DNA of 63,655 bases, filler included, from Octopus bimaculoides (lineage: Eukaryota): NCBI RefSeq assembly GCF_001194135.2. It is 6 parts of 5 records of this genome, joined end to end, with 100 filler letters (N's around TTAATTAATTAA, not from the genome) between each part and the next. Parts side by side here need not be neighbours in the genome. Positions count along the whole stretch, not along the records: positions 13,617 to 30,759 come from NC_068987.1; 5 more parts are not named here. The stretch is one strand, 5' to 3'. This document shows, piece by piece, positions 13,670-26,865 of this stretch. The notes beneath the pieces are model-generated. The model was not told the DNA's origin, ran no database searches, and was given only the letters and a program-made list of their open reading frames with translations. A program made the position numbers and the translations under genes. Position 1 is the stretch's first letter. Every line of letters starts with the position of its first letter.

Positions 13670-15883
13670 ATGATATCCCATATTAAAATTGTAATATATA
13701 TCTATATATAACATTGTTATGTAATAATAGGCTCAACAGGAGGAAATATTTTGCAGTTATTTTATTACTGTCAGAAATTGACTTAAGTACTATTTGAACC
13801 CATGATCAAGAAGATGAACTTAAATACAGTAAAGTGTTTTTTTTTAGTCTTTTATCTACTGTTTCTCCTGGCTCAGTGTTTTAACTTAGAAATTATTTGC
13901 TTTCAAAAAGTTGAAAGGCAAAGCTGACAGTAACAGCATTTGAACTCAGAACCAAGAAGAACTAGGCTAAATACTTTAAGACACTACAATATTTCTAAAT
14001 CTGCAAAAGATGGTATTCATTAAAGAGCAGAAATGTTAAGATCTTTGATGGAATCCATGTTTTTAATTAGTGAGCTTCTTGTTCTAGAGACTAAAGACAG
14101 CAAAACCAAAAATGGTATGAGAGAGAGAGAAAGAGGGAGAGAGAGAAGGGTGGGGTGAAAAATGGAGAGAGGAAGAGAAATTCTTTATCAGTTAAAATCT
14201 GTTTTATGGTAATGATCTAAAAGCTAGAATAATATGTAAAATTTGTCAAATGTGGAAAAGTTAAAACGACCAAAAATGATAAAATCTGAAGAATATGAAA
14301 ACTAATAACAAAGTTGCAATTCAGTTTCTTTTTCTTTTTTTAAATAAAATTTTAACTTAAAACTGAATTATTTAAGAGAGAATATACTGAGAGAAGATAA
14401 TGTAAAATTTCATTGTGTATGTGTAACTGAATATATTTGTGTTAATATACATATAATCTATGTGTATGCATGTGTGTATTTTAATGTGTTGGGGGTTGTT
14501 ATATATGCATGTGTGTGTATATACACACACAAACTTTTATGATATCAAATTACATTAGTGTAGAAAACTTAGAAATTATATTATGTGAATGTCCTGGACT
14601 ACATTATGTGTAAACACATTCACAATTTTGGATACAAATATTTGTTGTACTTGATTCTTGAAGTGAAAAACTTTATAAAACCACTTGGTTCTTGGACATT
14701 CAAACTATTACATTCTCTGATCAATTTGGCATTTCTCAGCAAAAGATACAGATTTACTTAGTTGAGTACATTTTTTTAAACATCCATTTATTTTTATCTC
14801 AGGGGGCAAGAGGATTTTCAAAAAGTATTGATTAATGGATTTTATATAGATATATAAGAAAATTATAAATGGGAAGGTTAAGGACAATTGTAATTACCTT
14901 TCTATATACTTTTTATCTTTTAGTCAGGAAGTAATCCCCATAACCTGTTAAAGGGCTCCTGAGATTGAGGAGAGGGAGGGAGGAAGGTATCTGTAAACTG
15001 GAAACTTGGCCCAAATGGTTGCAACAGTACTGACTCCACTAAAGGCACCTAAAATTGTCAGGTGATAGTGTTAAACTGGGTGACTGGTTAAGTATATCAC
15101 CAAGTAGACTATAGTGGGATTTGAACTCAAAATGCAAAGAGCTGGAACAAAAACTGCAAGGCACCTGGCCCAACATTCTTACAATTCTGCTAATGCACTG
15201 TCTCAGACCGGTACTTTTTTTGTTATTTATTGACACAGAGAAGGATTAAAGGCAAAGTTGACCTTAGTAGGATTTGAACTACTGATCCCAGAGGAATGAA
15301 AAGTAAAGTTAGATCCATCAAAACTTAAATTCAGAACTGAAAGGGATAAGCCTAAATACAATATGTTTCGTTCAGTAAATGTCTTGTTCAATTCATTTGC
15401 ACCTTTCTTGATTGATCAATAGAAAATAATTAAGAACTGGTCAAAATGATCAAGGTGAAGTAGTATTCAATATATGGTTATTAGAGTGGGGGGGTGGGTG
15501 CAGAAATGAGGAAATGTTTTATATGAGGTGGAAGTTGGGTGAAGATTGTGCATCTATAAATGGAAGTTTAATATATCTTTTACTTGTTTCAATCGTTGAA
15601 TTGTGGCCATACAATATATTCAAAAGTTGTAAAAATGATTGATTTCTAAATCAAAACTCCAACAAAAAAAATTTCCTTTGCATAAACACTTTTTCCAGAT
15701 AAAAGAAAATAGAAGCAGACTAAAAATCAGTTTAATAGTTGGGAAGGGGGTAAAACGTACTCCCTTCTGAACCAGGAGAGAAAAAAAAAGGGTAAAAATC
15801 AGCCCTAGCTGGATTTGAAAATGAAAATATGAACAAACCAATTAAATTTGACATTGTACAACATCTAATCAACCCCTCTTTAC

Positions 15884-15933
15884 CATCTGCACAAAATATT
15901 GCCAAAGAATTTCAAGGACGTGGGAACAAGTTC
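15884..15933 (-). CDS. Candidate 50-nt internal exon (TCSHVLEILWQYFVQM or ELVPTSLKFFGNILCR), gene unknown
   Basis: Splice signals gtcacag| and |gtaaag with two open frames. The pyrimidine tract is weak. Confidence 0.25.
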
Positions 15934-16448
15934 CTGTGACATACATACATTTCTCAAGAATTTTGGGATTTAAGTAAAGAGAAATTATTCAAATCATGAA
16001 CTGAAATCAGATCAAAGACTCGATGGTTACCCAGCCATAATAATGGTTTCTATCTAACACTGGTGCAAGGCTACATGTTTGGTGTTTGTGAGTCAGTGTG
16101 TCTAGAGAGGTATTAATACAAATTCAATATATAACTGGTACTTTTTACTTTTAATCAGTTTTGGATGGATGAAGGGTTAAACTGCCTCAAGAAATATTCA
16201 AACTTAGAACCAGAGAGGAACAAAAATCAGATACTGTTAAGTATTTAGCCAACTTCACTACTGTTCCTGATGTTCTACCACTTCTAAAAATATTAGTAAC
16301 TTTATGCTAGAATAAATAAAGACTTTCAAGGTAAAAGATTCTGCAGATGTTGGTAGTGATAATAAGGAAACTATGGAAAGAGACAGATTATAATCATCAA
16401 CGTGATAAGATAATATTTCTATAGCATTGGGGTATGTCATTCTACACC

Positions 16449-16498
<50 letters not shown>

Positions 16499-16512
16499 AA
16501 GAGAGAGAGAGA

Positions 16513-16555
<43 letters not shown>

Positions 16556-18106
16556 AATTAAATAATTAGCTAGATAATATTGATTAAAAACAGGAAAAGA
16601 TAGTGGATAGCATTCTAGTGGAAAAGGAAATTGCTAAAAGAGAACCAGGAGTCTTTCTATTGTTGTTATAGCCCTGATATAATTAGTAAGGATTAACACT
16701 GGATTAATACTGAAACAAGACACTGAATATCACTGGGGTTGGTTTCAAATTATTCAAAATTGGAATAAATCTAAATAAAGTAAAAACAAAAAAAAATCAA
16801 CAAAACAAAATAAAAACAGAAAACAAAAGAAAATTAGGAAAAAAAAATCAGTCTTCTTATAAAAGGAATATTATCTAATCATTTAGATTGATGACATAAG
16901 TTAGATAAGAGAATTTGAACTTGTAGAGGTATATCTAAGGTACACATAAGATACAAAATACAGGTAAAACATATCTTTGATTGATAAATTTTTACTATTA
17001 CACCTATCCCATGAGATGGGTATAATAGTAAAAGTTTATTTGCTAACTTAATAGAAAACACACTTCATACAAAATAATCAGAAATTTTACAAGCTACCAA
17101 ATTTATCAAAAGGGGTTAAAAGAGGAATGTGGTGGCACAGTTTAATAAATGTTTAACTGAAGAAGTATACATGTTTACACATGTATATATTATTCAATTT
17201 AAGTTTTGTAACTGAAGACAAACTCTCTCTCTCTATATATATATATTGAAGTTTTATAACTGAAGACAAAGGCTATGTATATTTACAGATGTATATTATT
17301 TTATATGCTTTGTAAATGAAAACAAATGAGAAAAATAATCATGCCATTTTTTTTTTTGTCAAGTATATGAATAACAAGCCAGCTAATTAAATAAATGTTA
17401 TTGTTTGATAAAATTAATTAATTCAACTGAAGAGTGGGAAGGACTGACAACTTAATAAAAAACAATAACAAAAGTAAAAAAAAACATTTTATGAAAAAAA
17501 TGATAATAAATAAAATAATTTTTTACCGGAGCATGTTTATATATATACTCCATGGTTTTAGCAAGAGGTGAGCCCAATTAGGAAGGAAATAAATTAGTCC
17601 TCACTTCAGGTGATGCCAGTAGTAGGACTAAATCTGAGTATGTCACTCAAGTCACAGCAGCAATAGAACTGAGTATTTTTTTTTTTTATTAAACAGCTGA
17701 CTATATTGGGGGATGGGTGAGAGGAGAAGAACTGTCAATATACATATGTATATACACCTCTACTTTCAGCAGCAAATAACGGTAGAAAGCCAACCTCTCT
17801 CTTTCTCTCACACACACTCTCACTATTTCTTTTTCCTCACCCCTTACACTCCACTAAACCACAATGTCTCTCTGTCTCCTTCACTTACATATTAGTGTTT
17901 TTTAAATTTTTTTTTAGAGTTCAGGAAACAGCAGAATATGATTAAGAAAAATAACAACAAACAAAAATAACAATGGGGACAAATTCTAACCAAACCCATT
18001 TACATAAGTATTTTGTTTATGTTTTATTTCAGACTATTTTCAAAATTATTCCAGTTAAGATATATGAACAAAACACTTTTCCTTTATAATGAATCAAGTC
18101 TCTGTA

Positions 18107-18284
18107 TTAACACTTTTCATACCAACCTACTCAAGAATGCTCCTAATTCTGTGACACAAACTTCCTGTTTTAAAGTAATCTGAATTAAAACTTTTTATCA
18201 GAACTTTATGTTAATTTATGTTCCAAACAGCAGCTTAATAATAACAACAGTTATTTTATACTAAATACTTCAATATTTTCAGAA

Positions 18285-18316
<32 letters not shown>

Positions 18317-18356
18317 GATAGTTTATTTCAATAGAAATATGGTAACTAGAAGGTTG
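18107..18356. mobile_element. TTAA-bounded MITE-like repeat (piggyBac-like ends); other copies at 22782-22999, 26038-26570 and 26571-26735
   Basis: Shared core TTATGTTCCAAACA.CAGCTTAATAATGACAAAGTTATTTT.CTAAA. Ends resemble TTAA-C.CTTT and AAGGG-TTAA. Confidence 0.6.
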
Positions 18357-19708
18357 TATGAAATGGTAGTATCATATACAATTTCAGTCTTTAACACGTA
18401 ATGTTCTGTCTGTTTATGAGTCAACAATTGCTTTCATTTTCCTCGATGCAAGTAATTATTGAAAAGCAAGTATACAAAGGTAGTGTTGGTAGTGCCAGAA
18501 AAGGGGTGCAGTGAAGGGTTTGGTTCATAGACATGAGTTTATGTCCTTTGAAGGGTAAGAGAGATCAAATATCAGAGACCCCCATCACCACCCTTTCTTA
18601 ACAGTTCTTGGGAAGGAAACAACTGAGTATAGTAGCATGTATGTATTTATTTAGTAAGTGAGCCAGCCAAACAACTAATTGTTGCTTGCAGTCAACCAGC
18701 AGGTGAACACAAGAGGAAACAGACTCTTATGAAAAATGAAAAAAAAAAGCCTACATCAGCTAAGAAATGAATATCCCATATATAATAATCAAAGAAGTAA
18801 AAAAAAATTCCATATCACAGATAAGCATTTTTTTTTTATTAACAAAAATATCTAAATTAATAATGTTCTGAGTAAAGTAAAAGATTTTTAATAATTATTG
18901 ACCCACAAAAAGTTCTTTAGTCATAACAAAATAAATGAATTAAACAAACATGTAATAACTATACACATACACACACACACAGCCAATGTCCTGCCAGTGG
19001 AATTTGGTAGAAGGAAACCGTAGAAGCCTATTGTGTGTATGTATGTATGTGTGTGTGTATGTGTGCGCGTGCACACACACACATGTATACTTTGATCTTA
19101 GCCAAATGTATCTTTTATCTTGTTTCAGTTATTAGGCTGTGGCCACGCACAGGCACTGCCTTGAAGACTTTTTTTAGTTGAACATTGATGTGGGACAAAC
19201 ACAGACACATGATGGGCTTCTTTCAGTTTCCGTTTACAAAATCCACTCACAAGTCTTTGCTTGGTCTACAGCTAGAATAGAGGATGCAGTGAGACTGAAC
19301 ATAGAACCATATGGCTGGGAAGCAAACTTTTTACCACACAGCCATGCCTACATTTGTTTGTTTGTGTGTGTGTGTATACACACACATACACACATGCATG
19401 TGCACACGCACGCACACACACACACTGCCATTGTAATTCTGATATACAGTCCAGAGGCAGTGATAATTTTAATAAATCAGGAATTTATGTTGTGTTTGAT
19501 ATACCTGTATTTCTCTTTGTTTTTCACACACACACACACACACACAAAATCATCATCAGTTAATATCCACTTTTCATCTTGGCATGAGTTGGAGGATTCA
19601 ACAGAATCTGATGAACTGAAGGACTGTGTCATGCTCCAATGTTTTAGAATTATCCTGTGGCATGTATTTGAACAACAAAGATTCTTAATTTATGGAAACT
19701 AGCCTCAC

Positions 19709-19755
19709 CTCAAGAAAGAAAATAAACAAACACCTAACAGCAATTGCAGCCTCTT
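19709..19755 (-). CDS. Candidate 47-nt internal exon (EAAIAVRCLFIFFLE or KRLQLLLGVCLFSFL), gene unknown
   Basis: Strong acceptor ttatttccctttttcattcag| and donor GAG|gtgagg, with two open frames. Confidence 0.4.
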
Positions 19756-19846
19756 CTGAATGAAAAAGGGAAATAATCTCATAGAATCACTAATTCTCCA
19801 AAATTAACATATCATTAAGGAAAAGTTTTTTTTTTTTTTCTTTTTC

Positions 19847-19905
19847 CTGGAGACAAGAGGACAGCTGTGTCCATGTTTCTGACTCCAAAGGCATCATCAG
19901 TCCAG
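19847..19905 (-). ncRNA. Type I hammerhead ribozyme-like motif (unit B)
   Basis: Minus strand reads CTGGA CTGATGA TGCCT-TTGG-AGTCA GAAAC AT GGACA-CAGC-TGTCC TCTT GTC|TCCAG. Stem I CTGGA/TCCAG is a perfect 5 bp, the core CUGAUGA/GAAA is intact, stem II has one mismatch, and stem III is closed by AC/GU. Predicted GUC cleavage falls between 19852 and 19851. Confidence 0.55.
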
Positions 19906-19916
19906 TAATTGTCCTA

Positions 19917-19969
19917 GGACAGCTGTGTCCGTGTGTTTCTGCTGCAATAAGCATCATCAGTCCGACAAT
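19917..19969 (-). ncRNA. Second, upstream hammerhead-like core (unit A) lacking its own canonical cleavage triplet
   Basis: GGA CTGATGA TGCT-TATTGC-AGCA GAAAC ACAC GGACA-CAGC-TGTCC, with a perfect 4-bp stem II. Confidence 0.4.
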
Positions 19970-21869
19970 CATCATTCCTTGACTCTAGCTGGACATAAGA
20001 TTTAACATGGGTCTACCAATTTTTGAACTTATGTTAGTATCCCACAAAATCTCATCAGTTAGTTTTGACAAATAAGATCACTTAAAATAAGTATCAAACC
20101 AACATAAGTACTAGAGTTGATATGATAGACTAAAATACTCAACAGTGGTACCCCAGTATGGTACACTTGTCAAGCAAGCACTGATAAAGCAGATCTATGA
20201 TCGAAGACACCTTCAACTGAGACCATCCTGTCTTGTTTTCAGCCACAGTGTATCAAGAATTACATTATTTCGATGTTCTTTTTAATTCTAAGAATGTAAG
20301 CAACATGATCTGAGAGGAGATTTGGCCGTTATTTCTAGCAGGTCGTTGATACAGTTAAAAAGGGTGATAGAACAGTAGCAACAACAACAGTGTCAAGCTA
20401 AATGGCTTGTGGTATTTTGCTTATTTCTCCTTATTTCCTTCTACAACTTGGGTTTTAATGCTGTCAGGAAAAGGAATGGAGGTGGGGGTGGGGTGAAATC
20501 TATGTTTCATCCTTCAAGGGTGGATAGGGGTTGGGGTGGATGGGGTAATAAAATAAGTGCCTATTGGAGGGATAGGTATAATTGAATGTACCGCTTTCCC
20601 TTCAACTTTGTGCCAATTGTATATAAAAAATAAAAAATAACCTGAATGTGGAGCTGGAACTGTTACAAGTTAGCATATTGCAAGAAAATATGGTGAAGAA
20701 GGGAGAGAAGAGAAAAACAGAGTGTATGGGTAGGTGAGAGATATAGAGAGAGAGAAATATAGAGGGAGGTGATGAGAAGTCAAAAGAGAAGGATGTAATT
20801 TATAAGTTCATATGAGTGAGGAAGGAACAATAAAAGAGTGTATGAGAGAGAGAGGGAGAGAGAGAGTGTGTGTGTGTGTGAAAGAGAATGAGAGAGAGGA
20901 AACACAGTGGTGATGAGAAACAAAAAGAGAGAAGGTTGCAAAGTATAACAGTCTATATGAGTGAGGAGGGGAAGAAATAAGAAGAAAGTTCCGAACAGAG
21001 CAGTGTGTATAATAACAGTGACATGTAGTCAAAGAATGGTAATTGGACCAAGATAAAAGATTTGAACTAATAACATTTCAGGGTATACTCTTTTACCAAT
21101 TTCAGTCATTGGACTGCAGCCATGCTGGGGCAGCAACTTTTAAGTTGATGACTGTAATGAGACCCCTAGGACATATTTCAGGCTAACAATTACATAATCT
21201 TTCTCAAACTCAAGAGGGAAAGTTCAGGTTGTAGAAACAAGAAATGAAAATCAATCAAAAATGATACTATGTCATTGAATTCTCAGATGGGCTTCTTTCA
21301 ATCTCTAAATCCATTCACAAGGTTTTTGGTTAGCCCAGGACTACAGTAGAAAACATTTGCCTAAGGTGTGACACCTTGGGCAAGTTTCTTCTGTAGATCT
21401 AGACCAATCAAAGCCTGGTGAATGAATTTGGTAGACAAAAACTGAAAGAAGCCCATTATATCTGTCTGTTTATCTAACATTGTTTTTTATGATGTAATCA
21501 GTTTGATCATCAGTAAAAAATGCATCTGAAACAGCTGTAGTGATCCATAACCTATTTATGTTTTTTCTTCCATATGTATATAAACATATGTATCTAAGGT
21601 TTGTGACATTGTTTTTTTAAAGATATTTCAATTTAAGAAAATCTTTCTTTAACTATTATGACAGTATCGAGAATATTTTCTAAAAACATTTAATTTATAT
21701 TTGTATGTATCTGTGTGTGTGCTTGTGTCTTCTTATCTTGATATAGTGCAATAGTTGTAAATGAGTGTCACTGTCACACAAGTCATGCCCTTTGTTTCCA
21801 TATCCTGACATGTAGCTTGGAAACAAGCAAGGGTTGGTGACAGGAAGAGCATGTAATCATAGAAAATCT

Positions 21870-24790
21870 CATTTAATGTCTTCTTTCTATGGGTAGGTGG
21901 CATAGGCTGAAGATTGATAGGAGCTGGTTAGGCAGAAGACTGCACTATGCTTTGCTGTCTGTTTTGGAGGGGTTTATATGGCTGGATGCCCTTCCTAACA
22001 CCAACCACTCTACAGAGTGGACAGAGTGCTTTTTACATGGCACCAGCACAGGCAAGGTCAGTTTTGGCATGCTGTTTTTTTATAATTGGATGCCCTTCTA
22101 AACACCAACCACTTTACAGTGTGGACTGGATGCTTTTTATGTGGCACCAGCACTGGTAGGGTAACCAAGTCATTTGCAAGACAAAGATCCTTTGAGAGGG
22201 GATGTGACATTGAAGGTGCCTCAACAAATTCTATCTAACTTACGCAAGCACGAAAAGGTGAACATTAAAATGATGTCAACAGTTATACTACTCCTCTTGA
22301 TATGTTAGCAGTGCCCAACATTGATGAAGACAATACACAGCATTTATATTTTATCAAGGTCTTTATAAAATTTACTTGTTCTTAGCTACCATTGCTGATT
22401 AGCCCTTTTGATATCAATCTGCTTGACAACACCCCTGCTTCTATAATACAAACTGCCTGTTTTAATCCTTTAACGTCTGCTTTCCATGCTGACATGGGAT
22501 GAACAGTTTGACAGGAGCTGGCTAGACAGAAGACTGCACAGTGCTTTGCTGTCTGTTTTGGCAAGGGTTTTAAGGCTGGATGCCCTTTATGACACCAACC
22601 ATTCAGCAGAGTTGACTGAGTGCTTTTTATGGGACACCAGCACAAGCGAGGTCAGTTTTGGCATGGTTTTTTTTTTTTACAGTGTGGACTGAATGCTTTT
22701 TACGTGGCACCAGTGCTGGCAGGGTCACTAAATAACTTGCAAGACAAAGATCCTTTGAAAGGGGATGTGGCATTGGAAGTTTTAATCCTTTTAATACAAA
22801 CCTGCCCGAGACTACCCTTGGTTGTATGATACAAACTTCCAGTTGTAAAGTGATCTAAATTAAAATCTTCCATCAAAATTTCATTTCAATTATGTTCCAA
22901 ACACTAGCTTAATAATGACAAAATTATTTTACTAAATTCTGCATCATTTACAAAATTAATTGAAATAAAAGCACTGTATTTCAACAGAAATATTATAATA
23001 CACACACATACATATGACAGGCTTCTTTCAATTTCCATCCACCAAATGCACTCACAAAGCTTTAGTTGGTCTGGAGATATAATGGAAGATACCACAAAAT
23101 GGGGATGGACCTAGAACCATGTGGTTCATGGTGCCACACAGTGAAAATGGACCCAGAGTCATGTGATTGAGAAGCAAACTTCTTACTATGCAATGTATGT
23201 TCATATCTAACAATGGCAGTTCATTGTATTTTTAGGCAGAAATACTTTCTTCTATGTTGCCTCATATCACCCACTTGTTGGAAATAGGTATCAGTTATTT
23301 GGAAATGTTTCCTGTGATATATGGTAGCACCTTATCTTGACACAAATTTATTATCTTATCTTTTTCACAACCATGGAACTACAGCCAAGAATGGCCTCTT
23401 GGGGGGATTCTAGCAGATTTGGAGACATATCAACATTTACGCAATGGTTTCATGAAGCAAATGATTTAGTTTCATCATCATCATCATCATTTAACACCCA
23501 TTTTTCATGCTTGCATGGGTCAGGTGGAATTTGCTGAGGCAGATTTTCTATGGCAGGATGCCCTTCTTGTAGTAAACCCACACCTGTTTCCACCTGTTTC
23601 CATGGCCAGACATGTAAGTACTCATTTATAGTCATCACATGACATCAAGACAAGAGTATGTACAAACATGCACAGGTACACGCATGCACACACACACACA
23701 CACACACAGAGCAGGTTTCTTTCAGTTTCTATCAACAAGGCTCTGGTTGGTCTGAGCTATAGTAGAAGACACTTTCTCAAGGTGATGTGCAATGGAACTA
23801 TGCCTGCACCTATGTTTGAGAAAAATGGAAAAAAAGCAGAGTGGACTGATTCATCTGTTGAATGTAAAACTGGAACTAAAGCAGATGGTGAATATATTGT
23901 TGTTGGCAGCAAATAGTAAAGAAACATGATTGGTTGAATTTGGAGGCACGATGATGATGATGATGATTTGGGATGGAACCAGAAGATATGGGAGATGTTG
24001 GGGAAAAAGGAAAAATTTTGGTTAAGTTGTGAATGAAAGCATCTCTTGTGTTCTTGACTAGTCAATGATTTTGATAGCTTGATACCAACATAAAACAATT
24101 TTGATTGGTTGATACTAATTTCAAACAATTTTCATTGGCTGATAACAATGCAAAATAATTTTCATTTTTTTTTTTTTATCCTCACAATGACAGTATATCT
24201 TGACCCAGCTGTATTACTACACACATTTTTATCATTCTCCACCCCAGTATATTAATAATCGTAATAATAATGATAATAATAATAATTCATGTGGTCAACC
24301 CTCACCTATTTCCATCCTTATATGGTTAATCTCACCTATTTCTAAGCAAGGTAATATTTCTCCATGAACAAGCCATGTTTTTGAAGAATATTGGAAATGA
24401 ATGACATTACCTGTACGGCAGTGACATTTGTGTACAACTATCAAGCAATGTTACAAGTAAGAGGCACCCATCTCCACACACACATACATATCCAATAAGC
24501 CAGGGGACAACACCAAACTCCATTGTCTGCTTTGGCATCATTTCTAGGGCAGGATGCCCTTCCTGATGCCAACTACCTTACAGAATGTACAGGCATAAGT
24601 GAGGTCACCAAATAAGTTGCAAGACAAAGAAAAAGATCTACCCCAGCACCTCAACTGAGTAGGGTTGTAATAGAGGGGAGGTAGCTCAATGCCAGGTATT
24701 GAGCGGTTAAAGAATGACAAAAAGACAGGCACAGGTGTCTTACTACAGAAGAGATATATGGCTACCTCGCATTATATAGAGATGGGTGGG
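21870..24790 (-). mobile_element. Cluster of decayed family B repeats (approx. 21870-22210, 22460-22775, 23463-23660, 24270-24480, 24500-24790), interspersed with family C SINE pieces
   Basis: Recurrent GGCTGGATGCCCTTC...CAACCA and CATCATCATTTAAC...TTTCCATGCT motifs, homologous to the young copy at 26179-26479. Confidence 0.65.
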
Positions 24791-24928
24791 AATAGCTGGG
24801 AAGAGAGATAAGATGGTAGTGATGAGGTGTCAAAGCATACTATCAATGTAGAAGGTAAGTATAAGAGAGAATATGGACTGAGGATGGGGAGGTGTGGGTG
24901 GACACATCCACAGAAGTGTGAGAGGAGA

Positions 24929-24959
<31 letters not shown>

Positions 24960-25217
24960 GGAGGAGAGTACATATACTTATAATGTCTTCCAGCCTAAAG
25001 ACTGTAGTCATGCTAGGGTATAACAGAATTCTTCAAATGTCTGTATTTCTGTCTATGAAATCCACTCATAAGGCTTTGGTAAGCCCAGAGCTATAGTAGA
25101 GGGCACTTGCCAGATGGGACTGAGCCCAGAAATCACATGGTTGAGAACCAAGTTTCTTAACTACATGGCCATGTCTGCACCTACAGCTATACATAAACAC
25201 GAAATGTTTTTTATTAA

Positions 25218-25625
25218 TAGGTGCAGGCATGGCTGTGTGGTAAGAAGCTTGCTTCTCAACTACTTAGTTCCAGGTTCAGTCCCACTACATGACACCTTGG
25301 GTGTCTTCTACTATAACCTTGGGCTGATCAAAGCCTTATGAGTGGATTTAGTAGACAGAAACTGCAAAAAGCCTGTCACATATAAATAGATACACATATA
25401 TCTATGTGTGTATGTGTCTTTGAGTTTGTCCCCCCACCACTGCGTGACAACCTGTGTTGGTTTGTTTAAGTCCTTGTAGCTTAGCAGTTCAGAGAAAAGA
25501 ACTGATAGAATAAGTACCAGGCTTAAAAAAAAAATACTGGGGTTGATTCATTCGACTAAAAATTCTTCAAGGCAATGCTCCAGCATGGCCCTAGTCTAAT
25601 GGCTGGAACAAGTAAAAGATAAAAG
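25218..25625 (+). mobile_element. Full-length, CpG-decayed family C SINE
   Basis: Head, internal TA/TG tract and 3' tail GCTCCAGCATGGCC...GGAACAAGTAAAAGATAAAAG are collinear with 39305-39709. Confidence 0.8.
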
Positions 25626-26178
25626 TATAAAAACAGAAATTTAATTTTGAACAGTAAGTAGGCACTAATTTTGAAACAGTAAAGTGCTTATCCATGTTCC
25701 CAACTTTTTGTACCAAATCCACCATTATATTGTGGTCAGTAATATACTAAAGCACAAATATAAAATTTTCAGAATCCCTTCATTTCTACTGATAAATAAA
25801 AAAACATGTGTGGTGGCCAAATATTAAAGAAAGCAACGCTAAATAATAAAAAGAAAAATATATAATATCAACATTATTTTTTTTCTGCTGGCCTTAAATT
25901 GCAAATGAAAATAATTAACTTGTCAAATTCTGATCTACAGAAAAAATGTCAGTGAGTGTTTATAAAATAATTATCTTTTTCTTTAATTTGTTTTTGTGTT
26001 TTTCAAAAATAAGTTTTCTGTAAAGCATATAATGCTTTTACCATTTTGATACTGACCCACCTGTGACATCCTGGTTCTATAATGCAAACTTCCTGCTTTA
26101 AAGTGAGCTAAAATTAAAACCTTCTTCCATAAAAATTTCATAGTAATTTGTTTCAAGCACCAGATTAATTATGGACAA

Positions 26179-26479
26179 TGAGCGAATTCGTTGCCAGTGC
26201 CGCTGGACTGGCTCCTGTGCAGGTGGCACGTAAAATACACCATTTCAAGCGTGGCCGTTGCCAGTACCCCCTGACTGGCCTTCGTGCTGGTGGCACGTAA
26301 AAGCACCCACTACACTCTCTAAGTGGTTGGCGTTAGGAAGGGCATCCAGCTGTAGAAACTCTGCCAAATCAGATTGGAGCCTGGTGTAGCCATCTGGTTT
26401 CACCAGTCCTCAGTCAAATCGTCTAACCCATGCTAGCATGGAAAGCGGAGGTTAAACGATGATGATGATGATGATGATG
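26179..26479 (+). mobile_element. Young family B SINE-like retroposon with (GAT)n tail, nested in a TTAA MITE
   Basis: CpGs are intact. It has an internal duplicated TTGCCAGT...GGTGGCACGTAAAA unit and ends CCATGCTAGCATGGAAAGCGGAGGTTAAAC(GAT)n. The MITE core resumes after the tail. Confidence 0.75.
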
Positions 26480-26798
26480 TTACTTGACTAAATTCATCAT
26501 TATGTTTAAAATAAATTGGGTCAAAAGCAGAGCATTTTAATAGAAATATGTAAATAAAAAAAAGAGTTAAACCTTTTGTCAAAGTTCCATATTATTTTGT
26601 TCCAAACAACAGCTTAATAATGACAAAGTTATTTTACTAAGTTCTTCATTATTTTCAAAATTAATTGAAACAAAAGTACAGTGTATTTCAGCTGAAATAT
26701 GTTAATAAAATATATAAATAAAACAGAAGGGTTAATATAATTTTTATATACCTGCAATCAAGTAAAAACTTTCAATTAATAAAGGTTTGTATTTACAG

Positions 26799-26865
26799 GA
26801 TACAGAACTGAAAGAGGAGTTTTAAGAGAAAATATCTACTATCAAATTATTTGGGAATTATACAG
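26799..26865 (+). CDS. Candidate 67-nt internal exon (YRTERGVLRENIYYQIIWELY), gene unknown
   Basis: Acceptor tttgtatttacag| and donor CAG|gtaaaa. Only one frame is open and the peptide is protein-like. Confidence 0.4.

Noticed and set aside
26390-26415. CTGAGGA-CTGGT-GAAAC hammerhead-like core antisense to the family B SINE
   Set aside because: Only 5 nt separate the core halves, so no stem II can form, and no cleavage arm was found.
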